From positions 40,116,001-40,180,000 of the forward strand of contig CM052817.1 in the NCBI GenBank assembly GCA_028534125.1: a DNA stretch of 64,000 nt, given 5' to 3'. The notes below the pieces were generated by a model. That model was not told where the DNA came from. It saw only the letters and a program-made list of their open reading frames with translations, and did no database searches. This document shows, piece by piece, positions 37,441 to 50,534 of the stretch. This DNA comes from Lama glama. Its lineage: Eukaryota. The position numbers and the translations under genes were made by a program. Positions within the stretch are counted from its first letter, which is position 1; each line of letters opens with the position of its first letter.

Positions 37441-39274
37441 CTGAATGATGTTCTCAGTCTCCCCGAACATTATCTCCACTGCAGCCAACTGGAAGGGAAA
37501 AGACATGGAAAAGCCCATGTGGGAGGCTTTATGGACCAGATCTAGAAGTCTGCAGGTTGCATTGTTCACTTTACTTGCTAAAACCTAGTCTCGTAGCCTT
37601 ACCTTATTACGAGGGAGCCTGAGAAATACAATGTGACTATATCCTAGGAGGCAGAAGAGAATGTAGATTTTGGTTAGCAGTAAGCAGTCTGTAGTGAAAT
37701 TGTCCATATACAGCATAATAGTGCTATATTAACACAGGTAGTTGGCATTAGTTAGGCAGCAGAGTGGGAGCCTGAACAATAATGAAGGTTTCCTCTTATA
37801 AAGAGATACTCTTCCGTTCTCTGTTTATAAGTGGCTGTCAATATTTATTGAGGTCCATGTGTGTCCTGTGCTGAGGCTGTGGAAACTACAGAAGAGCTTA
37901 CAATGATTGGATGAACAAAATTCAGTGCACATAAAACAATAATGAATAATGAAAACAATAATGAATAATGAAATAGGTGCAAAGTTGTGTGGTATAGACA
38001 AGGTGACATGAAACTGAAGAGACAGAGGTAAGTCCTAACATTCCTTCAATCATCGTTCAGCAACACCTACTACATGTTAGGGGTCATGCTTTATGAAGAA
38101 ATAGCAGTGAACAAAAATGGAACCTAAAGTCTGTGGAGTATTGGGAGGGCATGTGGCAGAAATGAATCAGATAATATCCAAAAATACAAAATTACAAAAC
38201 TGAGGAAAGACATGGCATGAGGTCCTACATAAAGGGATTCAACCACAGTTGGGATGATCAGAGAGGGCATCCCTGGCTAAGATATTTTTATGGGTTTGAA
38301 TTAGAGTGGATGTCAGTTATAAGAGAGAACGACTAGAGATAAAATATGTATGATGGACCCAGGACAGTAAGACAGTGTAGTAAACTACTCTGATTGGAGT
38401 TAGTAATGCTTTGGAAGGAGTGGAGAACATGTAAAGATAGGGTTAGATTATGGATAATTTTCAAAACAAAGCAAATTTACACTTAATTTGGCCATTGAAT
38501 GAAGACTCATGGGATGTTTCTAAAGCACCAAGAGATATAAAAGTATGAAAGTGAAGTTTGCAAAAAAATTACTAGGCAGTGTTTGTGTGGTGGATTCAAG
38601 GTAGGTAGAGATGCATCATAAAGCTCATTTTGAATTTGCCTTGCAAATATCCAGGCAAGTGATATGAGCAATGCCAATATCAAAGTTGAGGGTTAGAACA
38701 GTTTTAGGGTGGTAGTTTCAGAAGTTGATAGCTTTTGCTCTTACTGTGAAGCTCTTAGAGTTTGGGATGGTCAAGTGAGTACAGTTTGAAGTGAAGGAAC
38801 TCTTCCCTAATAAACTTTAACATTGATTGTTAAAAGATTGGAAGAGTTAGAGTTGAGGTGACTGCAGGTTGTAGGTCCGTTGATTCTGCTGCCTGAATTT
38901 TTATCTTGTATATCTATAGCTCCTCATACCAATACTCCTTGGCCATGATAAAGGAGTGGAAAGAATAAATGAGAATTTATTCTCTTTTCTATATTACTAT
39001 ACTGATTTTATCTTTATGCCTTTACAATTATATTGGTTGAATACCTGAGATGTTTTCTTGCCATATTAAAAACTTTTTTTATGATAGCAATTTAAAATAT
39101 TTTGAAAGCTCAGAATAGTATAATTAACCCCTATGTACCCTTCATCCAAATTTGGAATTATCAAGTTACCTTGTTATCTATAACCCTCCTCCCACTTTTT
39201 TTAAAAATAAATCTATAGATATTTCTTTATGTGCATATAAGATAGCCTCCCCCTTTTTTAAAACTCATCCAGTA

Positions 39275-39385
39275 GGGAGGATATAGCTCAGTGGCAGAGC
39301 GCATGCTTAGCATACCCAGTACCTCCATTAAAATAAGTAAGTAAATAAATAAACCTAATTACCTCCCCCAAAAAACAACAACAAA
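39275..39385 (+). mobile_element. tRNA-derived SINE (Vic-1-like) lacking the B box
   Basis: A box and tail (aaataaataaacctaattacctcccc) present, B-box segment deleted; TSD-like aaaactcatc / aaaacttatc. Confidence 0.85.
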
Positions 39386-39699
39386 AACTTATCGACATTC
39401 TTTTAATGCCATTCAATACCTGGTTAATTCCCATTTCCTCAGTCATCTGAAGTTTTTACACAGTGTTTGAATTTGGGATTCAGAGAAGTTTGTAAATGAT
39501 TGATATTTCTCTTACTTCATCTTGGTTTTTTTCTCTTGTTTTTTTTTTTTTTTTTTTTTAATGACAAGATCAAGTTGTTTATATCCTATAGTTTTTCATA
39601 GCCTGGATTTTGCTGGTTGCATCCCTAAGGTGCCATTTGACTTTGAGAATTTCTGGAGTGGAACTCAGATGGCTCCTGTATCTTTAGACCTTCACTTGT

Positions 39700-40130
39700 G
39701 TTTTGCAGATACTTTCTCCCAAGCTTTGGTTTGTCTTTTTATTCTTTTAACAGTGTCTCTTATAGAGCAGAAATTTTTAATTTTAATGAAGTTTGACTTA
39801 CCAGGTTTTTTCTTTGATGGATTGTGCTTTTGGTATTCTATCTAAAAAGTCATCACCAGGTGCAAGATAACTTAAATTTTCTCCTGTGTTACCTAGTAGG
39901 AGCTTTATAGTTTAATTTTATAATTTTAGGTTCATGATCCATATGTGAAAGGTGGAAGATCTGTGTTGAGGTTTAGTTTTTTACATGTGGCTGTCCTGTT
40001 GTTCCAGCACCGTTTGTTGAAAAGACTATCCTTTCCCCATTGAATTGTCTTTTTGCTCCTTTGTCACAGATCAGTCGACTGGATTTGTGTGGTGGTTCTT
40101 CTGTGCTCTCTTGTTTATCAGTCACTTTTA
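39700..40130 (-). mobile_element. L1 ORF2 fragment
   Basis: gttccagcaccgtttgttgaaaagactatcctttccccattgaattg antisense L1 motif. Confidence 0.8.
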
Positions 40131-41509
40131 GTCTTTGGTGATCTAACTGATTAAAAGTTCTTACATAGATTTGTATTTCAAAAAATTATTCATATTTTTG
40201 TGTCTTTTGGATTCCTCTCCTGTGAACTCTGATGCCCATTGGGTGGTTTGTCTATTTTTTTTTTAAACTTGTGAACTAAAAAGGCTCATAGCATATTAAG
40301 GAAAGTACTTCTTTGTTATTAATGTGGTTACAAACATTTTCCCCCTTTGACTTTGTCTTTTTTTCTTGCAGAAATTTTGCACATTAAATTTTTGTCAAAA
40401 TACTGTAGTGTCGTCAAGTATGAATTTTGAGTTTTTGAGCTATGCTTAGATAAGTCTTTCTTACTCCAATATTTTAAAACATTAATCCATTAAAAATCAA
40501 GAGACTATGTTAATCTTGGTAAAACCTAACAGCCTCCTCTCAGTTTTTCAACCCTATCTGTTTTTCTTAAGCGCCTCTCTGAAATGCGGACCTCACGGGA
40601 GGTCACATCCTGTCCCTCTGAGGGTTTTAGCCCAGGACCGGACTCCAGGGCTAATTACCTACCAACCATAGGTGCTTTTGAGCCTTGTTTACTTCTCCCT
40701 AAAAAAGAAAAGCTCCTTCTGCCCAGCTCTGAGAGGCTTGCAGATATTACAGTGTCTCCAGCTCTGAGAGTCTCGCAGATATTACAGTGTTTCCCTACAG
40801 GTCTTACGATAACATAGTAGCCTCTTCCCCTGCTGCCATGGCCCCTTGCCACCTCTTGCAGGAATCCTTTTGAATAAAGCCTCCCCTTACCTGTGTCAGA
40901 ATTTGTTCTTATTTGGCAGAGGGCATGGAAGACTTGAATGTTTCAAATTGGGGGTCAGTTCAAGTCAGTGATTATGTTAAAATGTGTATATAACAGCTCT
41001 ACTGGACACCCAAGAAAGGCAAGAATATGCCAACTGGGAAGGTGCCCCACCCCTGGGGAACCTTACAGAGGAGAGGTTCTCCATAATCCAGGCCAAGTGC
41101 CCCCAAAGTCACTCTTCTGCACACCCTCTCTCACCATCCTCTGTGTGTACGTGTGTGTCTGGGATCCAGGGCAATGTAAATTTTCTTTTAATTTGGGAGA
41201 TTGTTCACAGAAAACAGACCCTCTTTTCTCTCGTCCACCTATTAATTGTTTGTATATCTATACAAAACACTTGAATGGGCCATGGTGCCTTTTTTCCTTA
41301 TTTGTATTTAATTAAAATAAATTGTCATTTGAAAGAAAAAAATTATTTATTTTACATAAATATTCTTTTATTACAAATTAGATACATGAACAATTAGATT
41401 TACCCTTGTTTTTTAAACTTGAGGAAATGGTTAAATTGATAATAGACTCTACATCAGTTTGATACTGCCTGACTTTTATAACCCACCTTGCAAGGTGAAT
41501 ATCTAATTT

Positions 41510-42780
41510 TTGTATTGTAGTAATATACATGCAATGTAAAATTTACTGTCTTTATATACATTTTAAGTGTGCAATTCAGCAATATTAAGTGCATTCATAT
41601 TGTCGTACAGCCATCTGTACCATCGTCTCCAGAACTCTTTCCATCTTGGAAAACTGAAACTCTATACCCATTTTTCCCTCTCTCCATCCCTTGTCAACGA
41701 CCATCTACTTTCTGTGTCTGATTTTGACTACTCTACTTCATAAGAGTAGAAACATGCATTACTTATCCATCTGTGACTGCTTATTTCACTTAGCATACTG
41801 TTTTTAAGGTTAACCAGTGGTGTAGCATATGTTAGAATTTCCTACCTTTTTAAAGCTGAATAATATTCCATTGTATGTATATTCATCTGTGAACAGACAC
41901 TTGAGTTGTTCCTATGTTTTAGCTCTTCTGAATAATATTTCTGTGACCATGGGTATACAAATATCTCTTGGAGACCTTGCTTTTAGTTCTTCTGAGTTGT
42001 TTATCCAGAAGTGGAATTTCTCAATCATATGGTGAGGAACCACCATACTGTTTTCCATGATGACTATACCATCTCATATTCCCATCAACTATGCACATGG
42101 TTCTGATTTCTTTCATGTCGTCAGTAACACTTTTTCTCATAGTAGCCATTCTAATGGGTGTAAGGTGGTGTCTCATTGGCATTTTCATTTGCATTTCCCT
42201 AATGATTAGTGATGTTTGAGTATCTTGCCCATTTTTAAATTGATTTGAGTTTTAGAAGTTCCCTGTGTGTATTTTGTATTTTAATTCCTTATCAGATATG
42301 TGATTTGCAAATATTTTCTCCCATTCTTTAGTTGCCATTTTATTCTGTTGACAGTATCTTTTGAGGCATAAAATGGAAAAGTTTTCAAGAAGCCCAACTT
42401 GTCTATTTTTTTTCTTTTGTTGCTTGTGCCTTTGGTATCGTATCTAATAAACCATTGCCAAATACAATGTTGTGAAGCTTCTGCCTGATGTTTTTTTGTA
42501 ATAGTTTTCTGGTTTTTAGGTCTTAAATTTAGGTCATGGATCCCTTTTGAGTTAATTTTTGTATATGATGTTGGGAAAGGCTCCAACTTCATTCTTTTGC
42601 ATGTGGCTATCTAGTTTGCCCAGCACTATTTATTAAGAAGGCTGTCTTTTCCACATTGAATGGTCTTGACAGCTTTGTCAAAAATCATTTGACCATATAT
42701 GCATAGGTTTATTTCTGGATTCTACTGTTTTATTGGTCTATGTGTTTAGGTTTATGACAACATTGGTTTTATTTTTAAGG
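41510..42780 (-). mobile_element. L1MB-type 3' UTR and ORF2 C-terminal fragment
   Basis: Minus ORF 42281-42592 (MKLEPFPTSYTKINSKGIHDLNLRP) resembles the L1 ORF2 C-terminus; L1 3' terminus at the left end. Confidence 0.88.
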
Positions 42781-43544
42781 TTACATCTTTTGATCTATTT
42801 GGAATTTGTTACAAGGAATGAGTTATAGGTATCCAGCTTTTTCTTCTTCAGAACAAATGACTAATCCATAATCACTTATTGAGTAGCTCATCATTCTACA
42901 TCAATGACAGATTTCATCATGAACTTTCCTACATATGGGCTCTTTTATCTGTTCCTTTGGTTTTAAAACTCTGTTCCTAGGCTAATCTCATATTATTTTA
43001 TTTACCTTATCTTGATATGTTTTAATCTTTAGTAGGGCTGGTTTCTGATTTTTATAAGGCTGATACCTTATAAAGCATATTGTCTAAATTTGCCTGATAT
43101 GATCATTTGACACTTTCCTTAAATGCTTCATGGATACTAATATACCACATTTAAATTACTCATTTTTGTCACTATAATTCATAACTGTGAATAAAACATA
43201 AGTTGGACTAATATCCATGAAAAATTAGTAAATGAATGCCTTACATATACTTCATAACATTTCACCAGTCAGTAAATCAGTGCTGTGAGTGCTGGTATCT
43301 CAAGATGTGACTCTGTCGTTAGTCATATAATATGTATATAATATTTTTTTTTCTCATCTCCTCATTTGTCCCTTTTAGCTTGAAAGCATTTTAAAGCTTT
43401 CAAATTTGCTTTTTGGTAGGTTTATTTATTTTAGTAACCTAAAGTTTGGAAACTGGGATAATGTAAGCATAGTCTTTTCATGGTGATAACTTCTATAAAC
43501 ATCTGTCACAATTTTTTAAAGCATATAAATATGAAACCCTACAA

Positions 43545-45100
43545 TATCCTAATTTCAAACTATATTACAGAGCTTTAGTAATCAAAACAGTGTGGTATTG
43601 GCATACACAGAGAAAAAGATCAGTGGATCAGAATAGAGAGCCCAGAAATAAACCTACACGTATGTGGTCAGTTAATTTGTAAGAAAGGAGCCAAGAATAT
43701 ACAATGGAGAAAGGGTAGTCTTTTCAATAAACTTGATGTTGGGAAAACTGGAAGCCACGTGCAAAAGAGTGAAAGTGGACCACAATCTTACACCATGCAC
43801 AATTAAAGACTTGAAGGTAGGGCTGAAACCATAGAACTCCTAGAAGAATACAGGTGATAAGCTCCTTGGCATTGGTTTTTTTTGGGATTTGACATCTAAA
43901 CCAAAGGCAACAAAAGCAAAAATAAACAAGTGGGACTACATCAAACTAAAAAGCCTCTGCACAGCAAAGGAAACCATCAACAGAATGAAAAGGCAACACA
44001 CAGAATGGGAGAAACTATTTGCAAATCATATATCTGATAACTGGTTAATTTCAAAATATATGAAGAATATATATGACTTAATTGAAGGAAAAAACCAAAC
44101 AATCCAATTAAAAATTGGACAGAGGTTCTAAATAGACATTTTTTTCAAAGAAGACATACAAATGGCCAATAAACACATGAAAAGGTGCTCAACATCACTA
44201 ATCAGGGAAATGCACATCAAAACCACAATGAGATAACATCTCACAGCAGTTAGAATGGCCGTTACGGAAAAGATAAGAAACAGCAAGTTTTGGCAAGGTT
44301 GCAGAGGAAAAGGAACATTGGTGCACTGTTGGTTGGAATGTAAATTGGTATAACCACTATGGAAAACAGTATGAAGTTTCCCCCCTAAAGTAAAAATGAA
44401 CTACTATATAATCCAGCGATTACATTTTGGGTATTTGTCTGAAGGAAACAGAATTGCCATCTCAAAAAGATATCTGCACCCCCATGTTCATTGCAGCATT
44501 ATTTACAATAGTCAAGACATGGAAACCTAAAGCTAAATGTTCATGAAATGAATGGATAAAATGTGATACACACATGTGATACACATGCAGTTATATGCAT
44601 ATATATAATAGAATATTTGGCAATAAAAAAGAATGAAGACCTAACATTTGTTAAGTAGACCTCGGGGGCATTGTGATAAATAAGTCAGACAGAGAGAAAG
44701 ATAAATACTATGTTATCTCATTTATATGTGGAAAACAAAAACAAAAAATACAGAGAACAGATTGGTGGTTGTCAGAGGTAGGATATGTGGGCAAAAAGTG
44801 AAAGTGGTCAAAAGGTATTTACTTCTAGTTGTAAGATAAATAAGTCCCAGGAATGTAACGTACAACTTGATGACTGTATAGTTAACTTTGTATTATGTAT
44901 TTGGAAGTTGCTAAGAAAGTAGATCTTGAAAGTTCTCATCTCAAGAAAAAAAATTTGTAGTTATATGCAGTGTTGAAATGGCTCCTTCCAAAACTTAATT
45001 GTGGTAATCAATTTGTAATGTATACATGTATCAAATCATTAAGTTGTACACCTAAAATCAGTGTAAGGTTATATGTCAATTATATTTGAATTCAAAAAAG
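43545..45100 (+). mobile_element. L1MA-type ORF2 C-terminus and 3' UTR
   Basis: ORF 43889-44131 (TSKPKATKAKINKWDYIKLKSLCTAKETINRMKRQHTEWEKLFANH) is L1 ORF2; 3' end ...gttgtacacctaaa...tatgtcaattatat. Confidence 0.92.
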
Positions 45101-46479
45101 ATCCTCTTATAAAATTATGCAAATTATGCAAAAATCAGTTACCTAGATTTAAAACTGAGTCCTAAGTCATATTTTATGGTGCAGATACTTAGGATTCTTT
45201 ATATCTGTCCTACTGCTCTTTATCACAACTTTGAAAAACTGTTTCCTGGAAGGTGTCTTTACATGATTCTGTCTGTCTTTCTCTTGGCACCAATATGTTA
45301 CATACAAATTACAAAAAAAAATAAAGAATCATTTCCTTCCCAAATGTTATTGTTAAATATCCATCTGGGAGATTTGTAATGCTTATTAGCATTTAAAAGC
45401 CCTAAGAATTCCCATAGCAAAGACCTTTGTCTAACTTTGTTTACCTCAAGATTTCATAATTTAATGTGACAAAGGCAGATTGGTTCACGTAATAACTAGT
45501 CTTGAAGAGCTTATGTTTAATGAAACAAATGCGTATTAGTAAATGCTGCCCAGCCAGCATTAAGGATGGTACTATTCTGATTTTGTAGTATATTAAACAA
45601 GTATCATCTTAATATCTGTTCAAAACAGCACAATTTGTACAGGTGCCCCAAAGCAGTGTATAGATTTCACTTGGTGGTAATGTTCTCTCCTGTACAAATA
45701 GAGAAACAAAGGTGTAAAGAAGCATCAGGTTGCTTGCCAGAGCACATACAGGACTGAGACAAACTGGAACCAAAGCCCATATGTCCAGACAATGATTTCT
45801 AAGCTGTGTTTGCAAACAGAACCAAATTTTAAAGTGAACCCCTAAACCCTGCAAAAAGCAAACATATTAATATGGAATCCCACAAATTCAGAGTTTTGGA
45901 TGTTGATTAAGCCATCTGTCTATCTCCAACTTCACCAAATAAAGTAAGAATTCTCATTTGCAGAACAGAAAAGTGGTTTATTCTTCCTTTTCTTTTAGGT
46001 GAATCTTCATTTAAGCCCGGACTTTTGGCATTTGCTAATTAGAAAATAATGATCAAAGAAATTTATCCTAAATATATCATTATGATATTAATCTGTAAAT
46101 AGAAATGACTTAGGAACTAGTACAAATAAAAAAGTCTTTCAAGCTCATGTTTTTCAGGACAACCATTAATATGTATTAAACGTAGACATTTTGAATTTAA
46201 ATTAAGATATTTGCTTTTTAAGCCAGCTGTCAAGGGTGTTAATCAGGAAATAGTGATAATAAAGCTTTTTATTGCATATCCATGAACTATTTTTCTGGTC
46301 ATGTGGTACATTCAGAGAGGCATTCACATGGAGTTTCTCAGGCCACTCTTACTTCAAGGAAGGGACCAACTGGTGAATTCTCAAAGCAGTTAAGTGTAGT
46401 ATTTAGATGCTTTTGTCTTTTACAAACTTGGTAACTTTTATATGTTACATAGTATTTTAGGTGTTAAAAAATGCAATTT

Positions 46480-46835
46480 AAAATCAGTGGTTGCCAAGAA
46501 TTAGGGTTATGACTATAAAGGGGAATGCAGGAAAGTTTCTCTGTGGTAGTAGAACAATTTTATATCTTGATGGTGATATAGTTACATGAATCTATACAAG
46601 CTTCAGTGTACATTCGAAAAACATCCCTATAGAACCTGGTGAAATCTGAATAAGGTCTGTTCTGTTCTGTAGCTTAGTTAATAGTATTATACTAAATGTC
46701 AGTTTCCTGGTTTTGATACTGTTCTATGGTTATGTGAGATTTTTTTCTATTGGGGGCAGTGTACGTGGGAACTTTGTATTAGTTTTATAATTTCTTATGA
46801 AATCTAAAACTCTTAAAATATAAAAGTTTAAAAAA
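46480..46835 (+). mobile_element. L1MC/MD-type 3' end
   Basis: atcagtggttgcca...aaatctgaataaggtctgt...aatgtcagtttcctggttttgata...aaaataTaaaagtttaaaaa. Confidence 0.65.
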
Positions 46836-46984
46836 TGTTATTTATACTTCTGTTCAGTATACTAACTAATAAAAAATACTTTCGTGTTTCTTAGAGGCAG
46901 ATGTACAACTTTAGTTCTTAACAGAGTTTTTGAGGACTGAATGCTATTTACTTTTATTCAGTCATTTAATAGCTATTCATTAAG

Positions 46985-47360
46985 TGTCTACAGTAGGAGG
47001 CATTAGAGCTTGGGCTTTGGAGTTGGCTCTGGTTCAAATCCTGGCTCTGCTGCTTTTTAGCTGTGTGAACGTGGGTAAGTTACTAAATGTCTCTGAGCTT
47101 CGGTTTCTCCATCTGTAGTTTGCATAATGATAATGACATGAATAGCAGCTCACATTTATTGAACATTGTAATATGTAATAAGTTATTATTTGCACTTTAT
47201 ATGATTTAACTCATTTAATCCCCATAGCAATCTTATGTGATAGGTGCCACATTTACATTTTCAGATAAGGACACTACAGAGAAGTTTAGTTAGGTGCACT
47301 CAGGGTCATTCAACTAGGAAATGTTGGAGCCTAGATTAAAATTCCAACAGTCTGGATTTT
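46985..47360. mobile_element. Two adjacent MIR SINEs in opposite orientation
   Basis: Forward core ggttcaaatcctggctctgc...tttctccatctgta (to about 47130), then reverse core aactcatttaatcccca...cagataaggacact. Confidence 0.7.
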
Positions 47361-47379
47361 CTGTTTTTTGTCTATACAG

Positions 47380-48870
47380 AATTAGCTTGTTGAAGACCAA
47401 CCGTCCCACCAAGAATTACTAAAAAGAAGAATAAAATGTATTTCAAAAATCTGTTTGAAGGCATTGCAGATCTACTAAGGGAGCCAGGACATCACAGACT
47501 ACCATCTTGAAGGGAAGCCTAGAGGAGTCACCTGGTGTTCGGTGTGACGCTTCCCCCTTAGGACGTTTACTGATTTATAAGTTGTGGCTGAGAGATTGAG
47601 ACGATGAGCCAAAAGTGGCCCCCCCAAAAGTTGAGCTGAGCAGATCTGTCAGTCTTAATAGATCTCATGGACAAAACTGGGTCCAGGCCCCGAGCAGGAG
47701 AAGGAAGCCTGGTAAACATTGGAGTCCTCGTTGTCAGAAGAGTGAATCAAAAGTAGACAAGGCCTCTCAAAGATTGAAGCTCAGCTTCAAATCAGCTCAA
47801 TTTGTGACTGGTTTAGAATAGTCTGCCTTTACTCTTAACTGTGTGCCAAAAGCCAAAGTGAATTCTTCCTAGGAGAATATAAAATCATTCAGAGCCTCCT
47901 CTAATTATCTCCTTAATTTTTCATAAATAGTGTCTGTCATTAACAAGCACTTAGAAATCATCACACATACCAGGTACCCAGACCAAATTATTCAAAGCCA
48001 AGAGATACAGGTAATGGAGTTACGAGATTTACTTTTCAAATAACTAAGATTAATATATTCAGAAATTTATTTAACAAGATGAAGAATTTCAGCAGAGAAT
48101 TAGAAACTATAAAAAGGAATCAGATGAATATTTTCAAACAGAAAACTTAAAACTAAGGTTAAGAATTCAGTTGATGTATTTATCAGCAAAATAGATACAG
48201 ATAAAGAAAAGATTAGACATACTTTGAGAAACAAGGTGTAGAGAACTTCTCATCAGCAGACCTGCACATAAGGAAATCCTAAAGTGAGTTCTTCAGGCAG
48301 AAGGAAAATGATCCCAAATGGAAGCACAGAAAGGGTATAGGAAGGACAGAAAGAGTAAATTTGTGGGTATATCTAAGTGAATGTTTAATTGAGTTTAAAT
48401 TATATGTAGAATTAGAATACTTTACAATAGCATAACGATGGGGCAAGAATAAATGGTGTTAGTGTTCCATGGTTTTCATTGAGTGATGTATAAAGTACGA
48501 ATTTAATTTCTGTATTGTACATTGTAATCTCTAGGGATACTAAGAACAGTAATGATGTATAAATAAGCTGCTACAAGGAGGAAATTAAATAAACATTTAA
48601 CCCTGAAGAAGGCAAGAAGGGAGAGAAAAAGTAACAGAAGAGGACAGGTGGTTCAAATAGGAAACAGTACAATGGTAGATTTAAATCCAAATAGTTAACT
48701 ATGTTAGATGCAAATGGACATATACTGATTTAAAAAAAAAGTAGTCAGATCTGATTTTGTTTTAAAAGACCCAGTTATATACAGCTCTAAGAGTTGGAGC
48801 TTGAAGTTTAGGATATAGAAAAGTTGAAAGCAAAGAGATGGAAAAAAGGTATACTATGCAAACTTAATTA
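47380..48870 (+). mobile_element. Old L1M 5'/ORF1/inter-ORF remnant
   Basis: A-rich degenerate L1 (aagatgaagaatttcagcagagaattagaaactataaaaaggaatca; gttcttcaggcagaaggaaaatgatccca) ending near the ORF2 start. Confidence 0.65.
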
Positions 48871-50317
48871 AACCGGCCCCTGTACGTGTGCCATACTCTA
48901 CCTAACTCATTATTTAAGTCCGATAATCTTACTTAGAGCTTTCAAAAGCGCTGTCCTCTAGATGTATTAAGTGCTCAGTAAATTTAACTTATAGCCGAGG
49001 CACCCTGTTTTTTTAGAATAGTGTTCCTTTTCCAATTTGAGCTGCTATACCAAGGACAGTGTCTCTTGCACCATTGTATGTAATCTGTCTCATAGGTTGC
49101 TTGATTTTTCAGTAGCTTCCACATGTATACATTTTATCCCTTTTCTTAAGCTTTATGTTTTCATTTAGTTCACTGACTATGATGGCTTTTACCTCTTACC
49201 TTTTTTTTTAAATCTCCTATGTAGTGCCTCTGCCTAGTGATAATAGGTGAATTATTTCTACTGAAGTAATCTACTTTGACTATTATCTGTAGAAACTAAA
49301 TGACATTTTTCCTTTTTCTCCCTGTGCTTTTATGAAAAATGTTCAAATTCATCAGAATTATTCCTTCATAAGTTATTATCCATATAATGAATAGATTTCC
49401 TCTATCGTGTCACCTGTCTTAGCATGAGGGCTTTTTGAAGAATAGGTGGGGATGTAATTCTTTATAACGTAATACCATAGAGCTAGTTAGAAAATCTTGT
49501 CTGGACCTTTGCTTTGTATGACAGTCTGTTGTACAATGGTTAAACATCAGTTGGAGACATCTTAAAAGACTTTTGTTCTGTTCCGCCTTTGATGTTTCAT
49601 GTAGCTTTTTGGGAAGTTGTATTGCTTTTCGTCGGACTGAAGGAAAGGATTAAAAATTATTAAAATGATTATACTGACTCAGAACTGAATCATCCAAAAT
49701 TAGTTTCCCTAGACAACCAAAATTGTGGTAATTTTGGGACTGAATTTGGCCTTCTACCCATAGGTTAGTAGGTACATTTGTGTCTTTAGAGTATTATAAG
49801 CCTTTCAGAATTGACCAGACCTAATGAGAGTATAAGATGGGCTTGTCTTTTGGGTTTCTTTCTTTTTGAGTTTTCTTTAAGATATGTGAAAATGAAATAT
49901 GTCATAGGTAATTTGGTGGGTAGCAATAAAACCAAGTACTGTGTACTTTTTTTTTCCTATGTTGAATGTGAGGTTTGATTCTGAAAGTTTTAAAATAACC
50001 TTTTTTGTATAAATTTTCCCTGATATTAACAAAATTGTGTAAGTTCTTGTAATTTAAGTAATAGTTTCCCCAGAGCACGTCATCTGACCTGGACTGTCAA
50101 GGAATTTAACCACTAGAGATGGAAGGTAGTACTCAATAATTTTGGTTTCACTCTTGTATTCATTACTATTCATTTCTCTTTGAACAGGTTTATTCCTTTC
50201 CACAGCTCTTGATGAAATACAGTAACATACTTTTTTACTTGAGCAATTGTCATGAGTAAAAAGGAGTAGGAAAGTAAAATCGCAGATTAATGATAGCCGT
50301 GTTGTATTGTTTAATAG

Positions 50318-50534
50318 GCAGTGAAATCAGCTGTGCAGACCATCACTGTTGGAGGCGTGAGCACATCACAGTTTAAGACAATTATTCCTCTGGCAACTGC
50401 TCCCAATGTCCAGCAGATTCAAGTGCCTGGAAGCAAGTTTCATTATGTCCGACTTGTTACTGCCACAACAGCCAGTAGCTCAACCCAGCCAGTTAGTCAG
50501 AATCCCAGTACAAACACTCAGCCTCTTCAGCAAG
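50318..50534 (+). CDS. LIN54: LIN54 exon 5 ([13 protein letters not shown]...[10 protein letters not shown]...QPLQQ)
   Basis: taatag| acceptor, AAG|gttagt donor, 217 nt, phase 0 to 1. Confidence 0.95.

Noticed and set aside
37932..37973. Short tandem duplications (19-bp unit here; others near 44561, 45112 and 55793) as a CRISPR-like array
   Set aside because: Two-copy slippage duplications with no spacers, in mammalian DNA with no cas genes.
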